A DNA stretch of 61,065 nucleotides, the filler included, from Dugesia japonica (taxonomy: Eukaryota), in assembly GCA_001938525.1 (NCBI GenBank). It is 6 parts of 6 records of this genome, joined end to end, with 100 filler letters (N's around TTAATTAATTAA, not from the genome) between each part and the next. Parts side by side here need not be neighbours in the genome. Positions count along the whole stretch, not along the records: positions 22,341 to 33,326 come from MQRL01568892.1; positions 33,427 to 42,502 come from MQRL01583674.1; 4 more parts are not named here. One strand, given 5' to 3'. The position numbers and the translations under genes are program-made. Shown here piece by piece: positions 25,520 to 39,031 of this stretch. How positions within the stretch are numbered: the stretch's first letter is position 1; every line of letters starts with the position of its first letter. The notes under the pieces were generated by a model. That model did not search any database. It saw only the letters and a program-made list of their open reading frames with translations, and was not told where the DNA came from.

Positions 25520-27723
25520 TTACGTATTATAGTATTTAAAAAAAGGCGCGATCTTATTTTGGTGCAAAATTTACTGCATACTCTAAACACGCGTTCTGTA
25601 GACGTAGGTTTAATACAAAGAATTGCGTTTTATAGTTTTTGTAGGTTTTCAGTTCTCTTACTTGTAATTTTGAATAATGTAAATTTCGATTTGAGCCACT
25701 TAAACTCTGATCCTAATCCTGAGAAATGTTCTGATAATTTATCTTTTTGGAGAAACATATTTAATTCATCTTATAATGATAAATTTTCATTTTTGATCAA
25801 TATTCAACGGTTGTTGAGCCGCTTCAGCTATATCAGTAACATCAAAAGGACAAGAGGCAAGATTTTCTGCAAATGTCAGTATGGGTTTTGATTGGGTAAC
25901 AGTTGGATCCTTAAGGCTTCGCAATAACTTCATTACATCTTCATTTATTCTTTCATCTACACGAATTTTTAAATGGTCCATAAGTTTGTTACTAAAGTTA
26001 CTGTTTATGTCAGAAAGTTTCATAAACATAAATTGCAAAATATTTTCGGCGCTTACTAATGTTGTATCTTCGTGACTGAAATTATCGACAACTAATTTTA
26101 CAGATTCCATTGCTCTGTGTAATAGTTTAGGAGCAAAAAAACCAAAATCTTCAATTATGTTTAATGCTTGAAATTTAATTAATGTCTCCCGAATCGCTAT
26201 TTCCGTTTTTATCAGTAGCTCAATCATATTTGGAATAGAATTCCATTGAATTTTAATATCGAAATGCAGTTCTATCTTGTGGCCTATTTCTTCTTTTACT
26301 TTGCCTAGAAACACATTGCGAACCGCAGATTTTTTGATAAAGCTAACAAGTTTCCTTGACTTCTCTATTAGATCGTGATAATAAAGTTCTTGCTCTATTG
26401 CATCATTACTTAAAATTTCTATATTCATTCCATAATCAAATGTGTCAATCTCATTAATATCATCAATTTCATTACTATCCATAATTTGATCATCATCATC
26501 CTCATCCTCTTGAATATTTATTTTATATAATGTATCATATACTCTTAAATGCAAAGCATGATTTAAGAAAAATTATCTGATTATATCCATATGTCATATA
26601 AATATTTTTTATTGACAGCAGCACTGTAAATCCAACAATGTTTTTAGCTAAATTAACTTAAATTTGTATTTTATCATAACAAAAATTCATTTCTAATCAT
26701 CATAACATAAATTTATTTAAATGATAAATTATTTGTATTGAGAAACTTTTTATTTTTGACTTCCAAAAACAGTAAAAATAGTTGGAAATAAAACAGCAGT
26801 TTTACTGTTACTATTTAACAGTTTTGAAAAACCCTAAATAACACACGTTGTATTGATAAATCATATTGCTTTTTATCCTATTCCTGACATGGAATGGATT
26901 TTTTGGTGATACCATGCCTTTGTCAGACAAAGATTTTCGAAAAAATTCAATTTTGGATAAAGCATTTATGGTAAAACTATCCACCATGGCTAGCTTTCAT
27001 ACAATCTCCTCGATAGTTTGCTGTTTAATAAACGTATTGATTTTTCTTGGCACGTTGTCTGTTTCCACTCCAACGTTTTTATGTTCCCGTTTAATTCCAA
27101 ATTCTTTGTGGGCGTTATTTAAATGACGAAGAAGCCCACTTGTGGAAAACCCTTTGCACATTATCTTTTTATTGCACTTTTTGCAAGTGACAGTTTCACT
27201 ATTTTTTCCTTGGTAAAATATTGCCATGTCTTTGATCCTCCACTTACTATCGACATGATTATAATAACGGTTTTTTCATGAAACTAATTTAATCGATTTT
27301 TGATAGCAGTAGTCTAAAGATAATTAAAAAATCGATAAATGAAACACAAATATAATTATAAAACAAATAGACTATTACAAAATGTTCTTACTTACATTTC
27401 GATTTTGATACGTTAAAATGTATACATTTAAACTACAATTATTTCAAATAAATTCAATAAGCTATTAATAACTAACTCGTTTTTCAAAGTTTTAAACTGT
27501 ATTGCACTCTTCACTCTTCTTTATGTTTATGAATAAACTATCTTGCATAATTAAAAAAATTATTTGTCAAATGTAAAAAATTGAATATCAAAATAAAAAA
27601 GGAAAACCCAAAAATTTAAGAAATTAAATTAAACAAAAAAATTGGTTTCCCGGGATATATTCATTATATTCCGGGATATCCCGCTATCAATTTTATCCCC
27701 GGGATCCCGTTTAAGAAACACTA
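25520..27723 (-). mobile_element. Decayed hAT transposon with BED zinc finger, containing a nested small insertion (~26570-26840)
   Basis: TIR TAGTGTTTCTTAAACGGGATCCC. BED finger CKKC..STSGLLRHL..H, then HALHL, DIKIQWNS and C-terminal IKPTSTERVF. Confidence 0.85.
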
Positions 27724-27959
27724 ATGTGGAGTTTAACAGGTTTATTAGATTACATAAACCCATAAATACCCTACATAACTTAAAATTACTATATAAATAC
27801 CTAATAATGAATTAATCAGAAATATTTGAATTTTGATTGAATTAACTTAATTTATCTGTTAAAACAAATTATGTAGTTAAAGAGTTTTAAGGGTTTATTA
27901 GAGACCAATGTGTTTAATATGCGTTTTTATCATGTTTTATATGGTTTTTTAAAGTTTAT

Positions 27960-28135
27960 TAGTATTTAGGGATTATGAGCGTATAGGGTTTATGAGTCTA
28001 TTGGCTTTAAGAGTGTATGGGTTTTAGTAGTGTATATAATTTAGGATATTGGGTTTATGAATGTATAATGTTTATGAGTTTATTGGTTTAGGTGTGTATA
28101 GGGTTTATGAATGTATGGGATTTATAAGGTTTTTA
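27960..28135. repeat. ~18-bp degenerate tandem repeat (AGGGTTTATGAGTGTAT-like)
   Basis: The same unit occurs at ~53135-53210 and as reverse complement at ~55230-55550, each near Polinton-derived sequence. Confidence 0.7.
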
Positions 28136-28479
28136 TATCATTGGGGTTCAAATCTTGCGGTTCTTTAAGATTCTATTAGAATAGTTATTTAAAGTTTTAT
28201 CAAACATCCAACATTTTGGCAATCAAAATTAAATAGTAATTAAATAAATTATATAGTTAATCAATAACATACAAATTCAAATTATATTGATTTATATATT
28301 TATATAAATTTCCAGACACTAATTTCCGGACAATAATTTCCAGACATTAGTTTATTATAACATCTGATTAAACAAAATATTGTTATTTATTTAAATTGTT
28401 TTTTCTTAGTATTAAAAAAATAAATGAACAATTTTTTATTCTCAATAAAACGCATTTTGTATACAACAAATACATGCAA

Positions 28480-28830
28480 CTAAATTTTCAACTGCAATTA
28501 TGATTTTTTTTAACATAAGACACAGTGTTGTCCACAAGTTGTTTTTAATAGATCTCGATTTCAAATTATGGTTTTGATAAATGTTATACCAATTTTGATG
28601 TATAATATTAAAAAGCAAATGAATCAAATACCACTATTTGAGCAGATCTATTGTAAACAGCTATCCAATGTTCTCCACCTAGATTTGATGTATGAGTATT
28701 GACGATTTAGTATTGATTTACCAGAATATAATTTGGAAGCTTGAGTAATGCATAGACACCTAGCCATGGTGATCTCAGCAATATTGATTCAATTTGATCT
28801 ACCTGAACGGAACTAATAAAATAAAAATTT
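28480..28830 (-). pseudogene. Adenain-like protease, copy 2
   Basis: VNTHTSNLGGEHWIAV..VFDS..TTCGQHC. Confidence 0.8.
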
Positions 28831-28882
28831 CTAATAAAATAACTCTTACTTTATGGCATGTAACGATTATACAACATATTGT

Positions 28883-30100
28883 TTCCACTAATACTGTTCC
28901 GTTGGCTTTAATCTGAATTTCGTTTTCTAATACTCTAGAAATTATAACATTTCGATGATGTTAAAGCTTTGGCAAATTTGATATCCATTCTCAAGTTTCC
29001 TTGCTGAGTTAATTGACTCTGATTTATATTAAAATCAGGAGCGAGAACACATGTAAAGAAGGGATAATTGTCGTTAAAATCACCAAGTGTTATTACATAA
29101 TTCATATTCTTTTTCAAATATCCCATATTTTTAACTATAGATTTTATTTATGTTGTAGGTATTATTATCGTTTGTAAACTCTTGAGGACATACTTCTCAA
29201 TAATCAGTGTTTTTCGTTAAGAAAACAGAACCATCATCTGAATTTTGAAATGCTGAACTATAGCTTTTATAACTACCATTATATTGTTCTCCTTTTTGAA
29301 ATGTAACTAGAATAAAGTTGAGTAATCGACGATCGCCAAATATTTGTTTCTTAAAGAACGATGAACTATCTTTACTAATTGCAAATACAACGAATTTTTT
29401 GGTTCTTATTGGATAAATAGCATTTTGCTTTTTTAGTCCCAACTGATGAGCAGCTAGTACTGAATGTTCAACTCGTATACGTTTAACCATTAATTTGTAT
29501 CTAGTAATACATATCTAGGTACATTAGCTGCAGATTCCAAACAAATCTTAGAAGATGCTCTTTTCAATCGAATATGAACATTGACACATGGAATAAGGTA
29601 TTTCGGTTGATCCATGAAATTGAGTTGCAATGAACTGCATATAAACAATTGTTTTGATATTTTAAAAGACTTTTATCTATCTGCTTCTGTTCCATATTCC
29701 ATTGCTGCAAGACAGATATTTTACTATCAACATTATAATTTATTATAGTTTCAATTATTGCTTTGTGAAGATAAGATCCATCCCCACCTTCAATTTGAAA
29801 TTGTTAAACCAAAAAATTACATCCATAAAAAGTGTATGCAAGATATAGTTTGTAGGTACCGTATCATAAGTTTCAGCCATATCTTTACCTGTATTATCAA
29901 CTACATTCACTTTAATATACAATAAAGTATCATTCACATCTAAATATTTTGTTTGAGATCCAATTATAAAAAACCCTACGTCGCTTGGTTATTCAGAAAT
30001 TGAGTTCATAGGAAAGACTTCTTCAAATGTACCACTTTCAATTACAGCTTGCGGAGATTGTCGATCAAAAGTGCATAACTCAGTTTTACCGCAAATTATT
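28883..30100 (-). pseudogene. Major capsid protein, copy 2
   Basis: ICGKTELCTFDRQSPQAVIES, YLDVNDTLLYIK, VKRIRVEHSVLAAH..AIYPI and QGNLRMDIKFAKAL. Confidence 0.85.
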
Positions 30101-30937
30101 TTTCAAATATTGCTCCATGACTTCTCATTTGTTTGTTTATACACGATGCGACTTATTTTTTACATTTTCTATGAGTTTGTTGTGTTTTGACTTGGTTTAG
30201 TAGCATATTAGTTATTTCAGACTGTATTTTATTTCTTATACTTTGCGGTAGTATGTTTGCTACTTTTGGAATCATACTGGTTACTTCACTAGATAACGAT
30301 GACATAACCTTTCCAAGTTCAGCTAATGCATTAGATTTTAATGTTTGTAGTATTTTTCGATCATAAGCTAGTACATTCTGAGCTGCTTTTAAACCCAATG
30401 AACCAATACGTTTAAGAATAGGTTGTTAGATGAGTTTGAAATACTTATCGGGTCATTAATATCAAACCTCGATTCCATAGCAAAATGTATTCACAAACAA
30501 AACTATAAATATAAATTGGCAAATTTAAAAATTCATATTCAAAAACGGAAAATATCAAATATCAGTATTTTGTAAAATATTTTAAAATTTTTATTAATAT
30601 CAAATTTAAAATTTTATATACATTTCACATAAATATTTTAATACACATTAAAATTTTATATTCTAAATTTCTCATTCACTAGTTGTACAAAATTAAATTT
30701 TAAAAATTTATTTTATAATTTATTTTACTAATACAAATCAAAATACAAATCTGATATTAATCAATTCAGCTTTAAAATACAAACAATTTAAATCTGTTTT
30801 AAAAAACTATCTTATATAGGTAAAACAAATCTACCTATTGTTCGTAACCAACCTGATCAATATTGTTTACCAAGAAAGTAAGGTAATTCTCCACCTGCTT
30901 GACTAGTACTATACAATGATACGATATCAGGATTCAT
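30098..30937 (-). pseudogene. PW-like small basic protein, copy 2, split by a solo-LTR-like insertion
   Basis: Homologous to 8766-9178. ORF 30153-30398 is its C-terminal part. Confidence 0.7.
30424..30816 (+). mobile_element. Solo-LTR-like insertion with 5-bp TSD (TAGGT)
   Basis: Begins TGTTAGATGAG. TAGGT at 30419-30423 and 30817-30821. The homologous site in copy 1 has no insert. Confidence 0.6.
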
Positions 30938-30939
30938 TA

Positions 30940-32400
30940 TTATGTTTTCTAAAATTTAACGCTAAATGCGTTTTTGAGTCTTCAGCAAAATTGCTTAGTT
31001 TTCCCCTATCATCTCGTATATTGATTTCTATATTGTTTATATATGACCAAGAAATAAGTTGGATGCTCAACAATTATTTGAACTACTTCATCATTTTCAT
31101 TTTCTTCTATCAATACTGATTTCAATAAAGGAATATTAACATCACGAACAACAATCGGTTCAACAATACTACAATAGATGAAAATCTTTTATAATTTCTT
31201 AAAAAAGGGATGTTTTTAAAAACAGATTTTATTTTTTGTATTTTGAAACGGAATTTGATGAAATCAGTTTGTTAACTATTTAAATAAGAAAATAAGATTA
31301 AATATATATAATGTATTTTTAAAATGTATATTTTAAAATATAAATAATGTATTTTTAAAAATATGTATAATGTATCAGTTTGTTTAAATATTTAAATAAG
31401 AAAATAAGATAAAATATATATAATGTATTTTTGAATTTGAAATTTAATAAATTATGGATAAATTAAAATAAGATAAAATATATAAAATTTAATAAATTTG
31501 ATATTAGATAAATTTTAAAATGTTTTGCAAATACTGATATTTGATTTTTTCCGTTTTGATATGAAATTTTTAAAATTTGTTTGAAAAAACAAATTTGTAT
31601 GTATAGTTTTTTTAATAGATCTTGTAATGAAATCGAGTTCTGATGTTATAATCTGATGAGTTCTCAAAACTCATCTAACAATCTCGTATATTGATTTCTA
31701 TATTGTTTATATATGGCGAAGAAATAAGTTGGATGCTCAACAATTATTTGAAGTACTTCATCATTTTTATTTTCTTCTATCCATACTGATTTCTATAAAA
31801 GAATATTAAAATCACCAACAACAATCTGTTCAACCATATTACAATAGATGAAAATTTCATTATAACACTTTAATATAGTAAGTTTCTTATTAATTTTATA
31901 TTGTAGTTGTATATATTCGAGTATAATCTGATTCTTTTAATCCTAAGGATTTTGTTCAGATTTTATCGAATTTAAAACTTTAGTTCAACTTGACAATGTA
32001 AATTAAAATAATTCATCTTGATTTAATTTAAAAGTTTTAAATAGTTACATGATTTAAATCCATTATATACAATTCGGGTTCAAATTGAAATTAATGTTTA
32101 GTTACAATCGCATAATAATATTTAATTTTTATTTGTTCAATGGAATCATCATTTTTAAAAATATGAAAGCGAATTGAAAATATTTTATCGTCAAAATTTA
32201 TAATATTATCCGCTCTCACAACTTCCCCTTTAGAATGTGTAAATCTTACCAAGTTTTCCATAATATCAAATGATAAACTGTGGAATTTAATATCACTACT
32301 AAATATTATCATATTTTTCTTTAATGTTATATCTGTTTCCGTATTATTTTTATATTTACCTTGAGAATTAACAGTTAAAGCACTGTTTTTTTGTTATTAA
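30940..32400 (-). pseudogene. Minor capsid protein, copy 2, with insertion and partial duplication
   Basis: IFIYC..VEPIVVxDVNIPLLK..VVEHPTY motif is present twice. Confidence 0.7.
31200..31680 (-). mobile_element. Second copy of the same solo-LTR-like repeat, opposite orientation
   Basis: Ends AAACTCATCTAACA, the reverse complement of the 30424 start. The other end resembles 30780-30815. Confidence 0.55.
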
Positions 32401-32444
32401 CATCAATTATTAGTTCCTTCTCAATTGGTTTTATAAATATGTTT

Positions 32445-32712
32445 TTTATTAGCCAGAAAGCGTCCAACACGAGTTGAAAATAAATTAAAACTACAAAAAG
32501 AAATTTTGTTATTTGAAAGTGGTAGCACAAGAGAGCACTATATGCAAATAGTTAATGATGTTTTATTGACAATTAAGCCTACAAGTGTAGAGTCTGAACG
32601 GGAGTAGTCAGCTGCTGGTTTGATATGCTGAAAATTTCAAATCCAACTAAATGACAAAACGATTGATAGATTATCCTTTCTAAGATAGTGTTTTCGAAAA
32701 ATAACTAATTGA
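32445..32712 (+). pseudogene. hAT transposase C-terminal dimerization fragment
   Basis: LLTIKPTSVESERE*SAAG..LNDKTIDRLSFLR. Confidence 0.8.
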
Positions 32713-32873
32713 TCCTTTAATATATGCATTAATACTTTTAAAATAATTAGTAATTTAATTATAAATTTTTGTGATTTTAATATAAATTTTGAGCACAATG
32801 TGAAAATGCAAATGTTCCTTTTTAAATGATAATCTTTTTATTATGTATTTGTTTATGCTATATAATGCAAAAT

Positions 32874-33327
32874 TGTTGAGGTGAAACACCCAGTGGAATG
32901 AGAAATAAAGTTAAAGGGGATCCAAAATCATTCGCAGTCAAAAGAAAAATAATATTACGGGAAGGAAAATCAAACAAGAATCAGGACCATGGTAATAAAC
33001 AAAGATGGAAAGACTCAGACGATTAAATTAAGTTGGATTAATTAAAATAATCAAAAGAATTATTAAAATTAATAAAGAAAACGATTAACAGAAAAAGAAA
33101 TAATTACAAGAAATTGTCATTTAATTTAAAACAAAAAAGTAATTAAATTTGGGCAGAAATTCGAATTATGACAATAACTTCGCTCCAGATAATCACAGGA
33201 GGATGGCTCAAAAAAATCTCAGGAGAATTTCAGTAAAGGCATCGGAATGTTATCATCAAAAATCTCAACCATGATCTGGAAACCTTCAGCAGGGATTTGA
33301 AGATTGAGCCAATGGCAAACTTGAAAN
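32874..33327 (+). mobile_element. 5' part of a probable LTR, related to 20445-21436
   Basis: TGTTG start and colinear similarity to the reverse complement of ~21020-21436. Confidence 0.45.
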
Positions 33328-33591
33328 NNNNNNNNNNNNNNNNNNNNNNNNNNNNNNNNNNNNNNNNNNNTTAATTAATTAANNNNNNNNNNNNNNNNNN
33401 NNNNNNNNNNNNNNNNNNNNNNNNNNTTACAAATGAATTTAGTATCTTGGTGGATTATTTGTTAAGATTCATAACAAAAGTAAATAATAATTGCAGTAAA
33501 CAGAATTATATTTATATAATATGCATATTCTATCATCTATCCTCTTTTTCCTTTTGAAAATGTGCATGGTGGAATACTAATGCATCTCTGA

Positions 33592-34137
33592 CAGTGTTTC
33601 GCAACCTTTCTGAAATCGAGGAAAACTTTTGATTACAGGAAAATTTTGCGAAACACCTATACACATTATGACACATTATCTTTTAAACATATTATTCCGT
33701 CAAAATTACATCGCAAAAAATTTTAAAATTTAAAAACAATATTTTTTAATATTTATTAATGACATTTTCAAGACANAAGAAATAATTTTAATCAATAGCT
33801 CATTTAATGGGAAACTTGTGCTTGATTTTTTTACATATCTCGTCTAGGTTGGGACGTATACAAGATAAGGTCACCCTCATCTCTTCTTCTAAATTTGTTG
33901 TTTTTTCTCTTTTTTTAGTTTTTATGTTAGTTAACATGAAAAACCTTAGTTCACACAGGTATGGAGTTGAAAATCATAATAAAATATTTATGGCTTTTTT
34001 GATATTGGTGAGTATTCTTGTTAAACAGATATCCAAAATTCATCAAAACTCATTTCGGCTTGTTTCATTTTAAATGTGCGGTCAGACGACAAGATTATAA
34101 GTTCCACTTTCACAGCAGTACATTGTATAATTCATCA
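33592..34137 (-). mobile_element. 3' end of a Buster/Charlie-type hAT transposon
   Basis: TIR CAGTGTTTCGCAACC. Minus strand reads FWISV*QEYSPISKKAINILL.FSTPYLCELRF..IKTKKRE..EEEMRVTLS. Confidence 0.8.
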
Positions 34138-34169
34138 NNNNNNNNNNNNNNNNNNNNNNNNNNNNNNNN

Positions 34170-34660
34170 ATTAAGTTATTAATGTTATTGTACGTACGAT
34201 CAACTTTATACGTGTAAGAGGTTTCAGTCACATACAGTTCAATTACTTTCTGTCTACCTTAGACATTGAGTATGGTGAATTACTGTTTTACACTGAAGTT
34301 AGATGGTTAAGTAGATGAAATGCTGTGAAGAGGTTTTTGGCTTTGTGACAAGAACTAGCGCTCTTCATAGCAAAGAAGGGCAAAGATGTTTCTCAGTTTG
34401 TTGACTCAGCATTTATACCTCATTTTGCGTTTCTAATCGATATTACAATTCAACTGAACGAATTGAACTTAAAGCTTCAAGGTGCAAATAGGGTGATTGT
34501 TTAAATGTTTGATAGTGTGAAATCCTTCAAACTCTTGTTATTGGACAACCAACTTGACTTTGATAAGCTGGCTCATTTTCCAGCTCTGCAGTCATTAACA
34601 AGAGTGGAATATGAGCACCTGAAGGAATTCGTAGGTATAATTTTAAGTTTTCAGAAAGAA
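34170..34660 (+). pseudogene. SPIN/GTF2IRD2-type hAT transposase fragment
   Basis: INFIRVRG..YGELLFYTEVRWLSR..FAFLIDITIQLNELNLKLQG..AHFPAL. Confidence 0.85.
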
Positions 34661-35269
34661 TGTTTTTTCTTTGAGTGATTTTAATTGATTAGTTCATTTT
34701 TGTTCAGTATCCTCGGTAGTATATATTGAAAGTTTTTCTAATTTGTTTATAGCTTTTAAATCCTCAAGATTGTCATACTTACAGTATGGCATTTTTATTT
34801 TTATGAATTTTTTTCCTGGTAAGTATTCATTTTTTAAGAAAATTTAAATTTTCAATATTATTATAAATTTGTTGATTTAATTTTTCATTTGGACTAATAT
34901 TTTCAAAATTATTTGAATTTTCAGAATTCAAATTTTTAAAATTTTTTTCCTCTTTATCCATTTTATTTTTAATAATAAAATTAGTTCGGTTTTTAATTTT
35001 AATTTTTGAATTATTTTCGGATTTTCTGTCATTTATTAAATTTTTTGAATCTTCAGAATAAATTCCATTATGTACATAAAATAAATTTTGAAATGTTTCA
35101 ACAAATTTTGAATCAATTTGTGGAATTTTGTATATAATTTTTAATTCTATATAATTTTCGAAATTCGGATTTTATGAAATCAATTTTACTTTTTCAAATA
35201 AAAATAATTTAAAATTTGAAAGGTTCTGAGAAATATCGAAACCATTATTTTGTTTTACAATTGCAATTA

Positions 35270-36532
35270 CTAGGTTGAGTCAAAAGTTCCCGGACACTTT
35301 AAACTAAAAATATATAGAAAAAAAAGTCATAAAAACATCAAAGTTTTATTCATCAAAATAAAGTCCTTCGCTATATAAGGTCTTCAACCATCTATCAGCT
35401 AAATTTTGGACTCCTTTCTGATACCATTCTTGTGGCTGGGACTGCAAAAACTCAAGGACTCCACTTTCAACATCTGCTACTGAATTGAATTTCTTACCAA
35501 TCAGGACATGACTCATTGACCGGAATAAGTGATAATCTGATGAAGCTAAGTCTGGGTTATAAGCTTGGTTAGGTAGTAGTTCGATTCCATCGAGCTCTTC
35601 TAACTTAGACTTTACCACTTTAGAGTAATGGGTTGGAGCATTATTTACTGCAGAAATACCCGTTTTCTATTGATTAAAGCTGGATAACGAGTGGTCAGAA
35701 ATTCATAAAGTCGTTCNAATTGTTCAACATACCGGTTTTTTATCCACAGCCCGGCCTTCTAGAATAGCTGCCATAATACAGGACACTCAAGATTCCACCA
35801 CATGAATAACATCACCTTGTGTTCGAACCTTCCATTTTTAGCTACCAATGATGCCTTCTGACCTGGCTGAAGCTACAGCCCTTTAATAATAGGGTTTCTG
35901 AAATATATCCACTTTTCATTGCCAGTTATGATTGTCTCCAGAACCTATCATCTTTAGGATTATCCAACAATTTCTTGCAAATTTCTTCCCTCCTTTGTGC
36001 TTGTTGATCAGAAAGTTCATGGCAAAAAAATCTGGGTTTCTAATTTGCAAAACCAAGTTTGTGAAGGTGCCGAACATGGGTTGATTGAGACGTCCCAAGT
36101 TGAGTAGCCAGTATGCGAGTGCCGGTATCTGGCCTTTGTTGAATACCTTGCAACAAAGCTTCAGTTATCAGGACCGATGGCCTTCCAAAACGTGATTTGT
36201 CTTCCAGACTGGTATCGCCTTCATTAAATCCACGAAATTATTCTCCTACGGTGGCTTTTGAAACTATTCCAGGACCTTCAATTTCACTTATTTTCATGGC
36301 TGTTGCTCTTACGCTTAGACCGTTTTTCCAATAATACGCAGGATACCGTAAATTATGATTTTTTATTCGCCATTTTGTGAGCTTCTATGATAAATATTTT
36401 TTAGAAATTAAATCTATAATAATTGACTTACTATATAAAAATAGATAATCCAAATTTTTTTAAAATAACCTGTATTTTTTGAATTAAAATAGACAAAATA
36501 AAAAGTGTCCGGGAACTTTTGACTCAACGTAG
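35270..36532 (-). mobile_element. Full-length decayed mariner (DD34D) element
   Basis: TA-flanked TIRs CTAGGTTGAGTCAAAAGTTCCCGGACAC / GTGTCCGGGAACTTTTGACTCAACGTAG. Transposase from ATG 36373 to 35346 with YNPDLASSDYHLF. Confidence 0.92.
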
Positions 36533-36544
36533 TATTGCTAGAAT

Positions 36545-36970
36545 AATTGTTGGACGTTACCAGTGATCGATTTTCAGAATTCATTAAAATTAAAGCTTCG
36601 ATCAAAATTTGTTTTTTTGGTTCTTGATAATAATTCTATATTTCGACTTTGTCTTCTTCATAAATTGACTTTTTGATTCATTCAATATTTATTTTTATAA
36701 TAGAAATTTTCTTTGAATTAATTTATTTTTACTAAAATCTAATTGATTAATTTTAATTTTTTTTAAATTTAATTATTTAATTATTATAAATTACATTGAT
36801 TTTAGGATTAACATCTGAAACAAAGAAAAGTGAACACTTCAAATACTTTCAACAACGTCACCTAACATGGAAAACACTAGGAACAGGCTACATTTCCACA
36901 CTTCACAGAAAATAACATGTGAATTACTAATTAAAGAAGACAATCCTAAAATCAATGTAATTTATAATAA
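36545..36970. mobile_element. Penelope-like remnant: inverted pLTR with degenerate hammerhead (36632-36666, minus) and GIY-YIG C-terminal-like fragment (plus)
   Basis: pLTR matches the 9700-9850 and 54340-54410 sequences. KKSEHF..HRKITCELLIKEDNPKIN resembles the PLE endonuclease end (RKI.E.LLIK...P.LN). Confidence 0.55.
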
Positions 36971-37079
36971 TTCAATAATTAAATTAAAAAATTCGCCAGT
37001 ATCAAAATTCGAATTGAATTCCTGAATGAATTTATTAATAATAGAAAATTTAATTGATAAACTTTCATTAGTTTTTACT

Positions 37080-37481
37080 AGTTCACTTATTTCGATCTTC
37101 ATACGTTGAATGGCAATGTGGATAGATTCAAATAATTTTGGAGATTTTTAAAGATTTTTCGAAAATTTTTGGCATTTGAAATACAGTTCTAATACAGATT
37201 CTAAATTATTACGAGCTGTATTATCTTTTAAACTGTGCTTAGTTAATAAAATGTATATGGAGATCTTTTGAAGACCACTCAATGTTTTTAGGATTAATCC
37301 ACTTTTCTTTCATTTTGCTGTTTGATTATCGAATGGTTTGAAGTAATGCGATCACACGGAATTTGTATCTTCATCTATTTTGATTGCATCGACATATTTT
37401 CTCTTTAAAATTTATTATAAACCCGGAAATCCCGGGATCAGAAATCGAACGAGATCCCGAATCCCGGGATTGCAATTCCTA
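37080..37481 (-). mobile_element. 5' end of a hAT transposon with eroded BED finger
   Basis: TIR TAGGAATTGCAATCCCGGGATTCGGGAT, then NSV*SHYF..TAK*KK..LKT..TKH. Confidence 0.6.
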
Positions 37482-38715
37482 ATCGCAACCGAAATATTAT
37501 CACTAAATTTAACAGGTCTTTAGCGATACTATTGAAATAAGATCATTGATGGTAATGTTCGTTTTTTAATTGATGTTGCTCACAAAACTTTGGTTTGAAA
37601 AAGTAGTACTAAAATTTATATTAACACAACATATTGATTGCTTATTTATTATGATAATTGAAAGTAGATTCGTGTGAATTATGAAATCTAGAAAAAATGT
37701 TTGCATTTTCACTTAATTTTCCAAATTAAAATAATAAAATTAATTTTATCTTTTCTAATTAACTAAAATTTCGAAATAAAATTAATATCGAAAACATTTT
37801 AATAGATTTTCCTACTAAAAAAATATTTGTTTTAATTGTAAAGTAGGCCATATTTTGAATTAATTTTAATTACATACAGTTTGCATTTGTTTTTAATCTC
37901 TTTATTGATTTTCTCTTTTAAATTAATTATTTATTTTGTTTGGTTAGTTATGAGAAAGAAATTATTTAGAATTGATAGATAGAGAAGCATATTTATCATA
38001 AAATTTTGCAACTAAACAAACTGACCCATCAACATTAGATTGGTTAAACAACTCTGCCCAAAATCAATTCAATTATAATTGCAATTACCGACCAAATTAT
38101 TCTTGAACAAATATATTTTCTCTGACAATCCCACCAAAATGATCTCGGTTTACAAATACATATTTGATATAATCACAAACAAATTGTCAATTCTCCTCGT
38201 ATCCCTGTCCCGGTCTCTGCCGCTATTACTCGGGACATCTTAGGCTGTCACTGTCCGCAAACAAATCTAGATTTAAATACAATTTTGATCCTGGGGGATT
38301 GATAAAAATCTAGAAGTGTTGCAGAATCCGATAAGTTGAGCTGTGTGTGGACTAATGTAGAATTATCTCAGACAATTTTCCAATTATTGTTTCTTACTCT
38401 CGAGTTTCACTTACAAAACATTAAAATTTCTTTGGACGAAAATATAAGGTTTTCGTTATGGTGTTTGAAGTTATTCATTAATCATTTGCCGATTAATATT
38501 TTGATCATCTAACCATGCAAGAAAGCTTTGGTAATTATTCAATAATAATCAACCATTTAATGAACAAATAAAATGAATTATGCAAAATAATGAAATTGTT
38601 ATTTTAATTCTAGAAATGTAAATAAAGATTAAATTTTTTAAAAAAACTTCATTTTTCATAATTAAATTAAAGGGATGAAATAAAACTTATTAATATTGAT
38701 AGTAGTAGTAACAGA

Positions 38716-38716
<1 letters not shown>

Positions 38717-38784
<68 letters not shown>

Positions 38785-38939
38785 NNNNNNNNNNNNNNNN
38801 NNNNNNNNNNNNNNNNNNNNNNNNNNNNNNNNNNNNNNNNNNNNNNNNNNNNNNNNNNNNNNNNNNNNNNNNNNNNNNNNNNNNNNNNNNNNNNNNNNNN
38901 NNNNNNNNNNNNNNNNNNNNNNNNNNNNNNNNNNNNNNN

Positions 38940-38993
<54 letters not shown>

Positions 38994-39031
38994 CATTATT
39001 ATTATTATCATCACCATCATCATCATCACCA
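38717..39031. repeat. (TTA)n microsatellite with gap, grading into (TCA)n
   Basis: Directly visible. Confidence 0.95.

Larger units (their letters stand above)
28400..32440 (-). mobile_element. Decayed Polinton/Maverick element, copy 2 (minor capsid, PW-like, major capsid, protease)
   Basis: Reverse-complement homologue of ~7900-10850 with the same gene order. Confidence 0.9.

Noticed and set aside
27960-28135. Short tandem arrays (18-bp, 35-bp, 41-bp) as CRISPR-like arrays
   Set aside because: No unique spacers, degenerate units, eukaryotic context and no cas genes.
31653-31680. CTGATGAG as another hammerhead core
   Set aside because: No GAAA and no stem I/III pairing; it is part of a small terminal hairpin (GATGAGTT/AACTCATC) of the LTR-like repeat.
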